Assembly (NCBI GenBank): GCA_965221955.1 | Contig: CBDCTA010000029.1 | Coordinates: 192,001 to 256,000 of the forward strand | Direction: 5' to 3' | DNA length: 64,000 nt | From: Gammaproteobacteria bacterium | GTDB lineage: Bacteria; Pseudomonadota; Gammaproteobacteria; UBA4575 | In this document: piece by piece, positions 61,708 through 64,000 of the stretch | Layout of the letters: the number at the start of each line of letters is the position of its first letter | Numbering within the stretch: position 1 is the first letter of the stretch | Made by a program: the position numbers and the translations under genes | The notes under the pieces: model-generated | Seen by the model: only the letters and a program-made list of their open reading frames with translations | What the model was told of the DNA's origin: nothing | Databases searched by the model: none

Positions 61708-62730
61708 ATGACTGGACGTATACCAGGTCCAGCACTTCTTTGGTACTCCATTATTATTTTTGGAGCAGCTAGTTCTATTGTTCATATCATTGCAGATATT
61801 GGTAGTCAGCATACGGTTGACGGACGAAATGTCATTTCATTTTGTAATTTATTATTTGCAGGGAATGCTTGTGCAGTCATCGTATTGTTTGCAGTGCATC
61901 GAAAAAAATGGACGCGTGAAACTTTATCTAAGATTACAAAACTAGAGTGGCTGTTTTTATTTATTTTAGCGCTGCTCGCAAACTGTTTAGCACCTTGGTT
62001 ATTTTTTGTAGCGATAGAAACAACGATGGTGACTAACGTTGTATTGGTGAGTCAAATTGAACCTCCTCTGTTACTTTTTTTGGCCTGGTTAGTTTTTAAA
62101 GACAGTATCAGCAAATGGTCATTTATAGGTTCCGTGTTAAGTTTAATCGGTGTGGCCTTAATTGCATTCTTACAGCCCCACACTGAAGGCTTGTTGATTG
62201 GCAAAGGTGAAATCTCTGCGGCTTTTGCAGCAATTACTTATGCGGTTTCTACTGTGTTTGCCAAGATGTATCTCAAGAAGATTCCTATCGGTATTTTTAG
62301 TGTATTTCGAAGTGCTGTCGGTACCATCGCTTTTTTTATTATCGCGGCCTATTTATATGGCTTAGAGCATTTCATCGACATCGGTTCCCCATTTCTATGG
62401 AAATGGATGTTGGTGTATGGCGGCTTAATTATTGTAACCGGGCAGCTTGCTTGGGATTCCGGTGTGCGAAAATCAACATCTGCGGATGTATCACTCGCAA
62501 CTTCTTTTGCCCCAATCGCGGGTGTCTTAGCAGCATTTTTAATTCTTGGTGAGCAACCTACTCAAGCGCACTATGTGGGTGGAGGAGTATTATTACTAGG
62601 TATTGCAATTTGTTTATATGCAACCTTAAAAAAATTACGTGAAGAAAAACTGCAAGAAATAAAGATAGCAGAAAAAGATGCAGTACCTTCTTTAGAAGCA
62701 GAATGTAGAACTGGTTTTAAGGGTGTGTAG
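61708..62730 (+). CDS. DMT/EamA family transporter
   Basis: 10 TMs in two EamA halves. Confidence 0.85.
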   Translation: MTGRIPGPALLWYSIIIFGAASSIVHIIADIGSQHTVDGRNVISFCNLLFAGNACAVIVLFAVHRKKWTRETLSKITKLEWLFLFILALLANCLAPWLFFVAIETTMVTNVVLVSQIEPPLLLFLAWLVFKDSISKWSFIGSVLSLIGVALIAFLQPHTEGLLIGKGEISAAFAAITYAVSTVFAKMYLKKIPIGIFSVFRSAVGTIAFFIIAAYLYGLEHFIDIGSPFLWKWMLVYGGLIIVTGQLAWDSGVRKSTSADVSLATSFAPIAGVLAAFLILGEQPTQAHYVGGGVLLLGIAICLYATLKKLREEKLQEIKIAEKDAVPSLEAECRTGFKGV

Positions 62731-62776
62731 AGGTTGGTGTTAATTTAATAATAAAAATAAAATGTAGGAGGTATAT

Positions 62777-63253
62777 ATGTTCTCGCATTTAATGAAAATT
62801 ATTTTAACGGGTGAGCGTAATTGGGAATGGTTGCCGATTTTAGTTGCACGTGTCTCACTTGGTTTATTTTTTGCAGTTTCAGGATATAACAAGCTCTTTG
62901 TGCCTGAAAAACATGCTGATTTAATACAGCTGATGGTAGATATCGGCATGCCTTTTCCTGAATTCACTGCATTGTTTTTAGCATGTGTGGAATTTTTTGG
63001 TGGTTTAATGCTGATGGTAGGATTTTTGTCCTCTATCATTTGCATCGCACTAAGCATTGCCATGATAGTAGCGATCGCAACAGTAGAAATTGAACACGTG
63101 ATACCAAAAGGTATTGGTCCACTAGATTGGATGAGCTGGTTTCTTTATCTGCCACAAGTGATGTACATCATCCTATTTGTTTGGCTGATCACAACGGGGC
63201 CAGGAAGGCTAAGTTTAGATCACTGGCTTGCAAATAAACTAAGTATGCAATGA
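62777..63253 (+). CDS. DoxX family membrane protein
   Basis: R..LG.FF..SG..K, E..GG..L..G, GPG.LSLD. Confidence 0.88.
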   Translation: MFSHLMKIILTGERNWEWLPILVARVSLGLFFAVSGYNKLFVPEKHADLIQLMVDIGMPFPEFTALFLACVEFFGGLMLMVGFLSSIICIALSIAMIVAIATVEIEHVIPKGIGPLDWMSWFLYLPQVMYIILFVWLITTGPGRLSLDHWLANKLSMQ

Positions 63254-63264
63254 GAAAAATTAAA

Positions 63265-63654
63265 TTAGTGAGTCAGTTTTTGGGTTATAGGGTCTAAAGA
63301 CATACCAGGATCAGGCTTTAAACACGTGGCGCATTCTTGCATTTTATTCGTTACTGTTTTAATAATCTGATGTCCTTTTTCACTTAAATGTAAATGTTTG
63401 ATGCGAAAGTCCTCATCGCTATTAGTTTCAATCAGTAATGTATGCTCGGTGAGCAATTCATTTATGTATCGTTTTATTGAAGAAGGTTTGGCTTGTGGAA
63501 TGCGCTTAATAATTTCGTTTCGGCTAATGCCATCATGTAAGAATATATAAAATAAAAGCTCATAGTGGTTCATGCTTAAGTGAGAAGCAGAAGCTGCTCT
63601 CAATGCTTGAATAGCTGCAACACAGCCGGTTATTACATCTTCTTCTGGTGTCAT
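63265..63654 (-). CDS. MarR-like winged-helix protein
   Basis: GIS..EI...SSI.R....L......D.R.K.L.LS.KG. Confidence 0.7.
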   Translation of the reverse strand: MTPEEDVITGCVAAIQALRAASASHLSMNHYELLFYIFLHDGISRNEIIKRIPQAKPSSIKRYINELLTEHTLLIETNSDEDFRIKHLHLSEKGHQIIKTVTNKMQECATCLKPDPGMSLDPITQKLTH

Positions 63655-63842
63655 AACTAAGAGCCCCTGTAGAAGGTTCTATTTTAATTAGATTTTATAA
63701 CTATTAAACAATAGGACCACTTTTGAACCTATTTGTTCTTAGCCATAGTTTGTTCAATATTTATAGTAAGTAAAATCAACCATCTATATATGTGGTTACT
63801 TTATAGCTAATAAATATGTTTTTATTCAGTGGGTTATAAGTT

Positions 63843-64000
63843 ATGGGGTATTTTTGGTTAATTATCATCATTCTGAGTGTGATTGGTTTTATTCTTTATA
63901 AAAAGGAAGGCTTAGAACTCAATAAAATATTTAAACAAATAGCCAAAGACTTCAATGGGCGTGTCATACCTGCTGTTATTACCTACCCATCACTTATTTT
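63843..64000 (+). CDS. Hypothetical membrane-anchored protein, 3'-truncated by the window edge
   Basis: MGYFWLIIIILSVIGFILYKKEG... open to the window end. Confidence 0.5.
   Translation, partial: MGYFWLIIIILSVIGFILYKKEGLELNKIFKQIAKDFNGRVIPAVITYPSLI

Noticed and set aside
1-64000. CRISPR arrays, IS elements, integrases, reverse transcriptases, tRNA/rRNA
   Set aside because: No regularly spaced repeats or diagnostic motifs found by eye

Overview
AT-rich (roughly 35-40% GC by eye) chromosomal segment, most likely from a marine Gammaproteobacterium. It carries housekeeping genes (bolA, tatD, trhO, pepN, fabA, dinB, gltBD, ttcA, glycerate kinase, ABC-F), a type IV minor-pilin cluster (fimT-pilVWX-pilY1), c-di-GMP enzymes, transporters and a secreted animal-type heme peroxidase. 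I saw no rRNA, tRNA, CRISPR array, transposase or integrase. Best candidate for an undescribed system: a minus-strand unit at ~27.0-28.2 kb. It consists of a sigma70-like promoter, a nearly leaderless unannotated 48-aa leader ORF, mutually exclusive hairpins and a terminator at its stop codon, two paralogous small proteins ending in -AA, and a very basic small protein with a long hairpin inside its 3' coding region (arfA/brfA-like logic). This may be a translation-stress or ribosome-rescue module. Other highlights: (1) a GC-anomalous AlkB/XylM-like hydroxylase with a His-to-Gln change in its last His box, divergent from a CarH-like regulator lacking B12 ligands; (2) a molybdoenzyme paired with a rearranged XylA-like reductase; (3) an unannotated 56-aa (E/D)RR-repeat protein near a GGDEF-EAL gene; (4) dispersed coiled-coil/HhH proteins. 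All family assignments come from motif recognition, not database searches.
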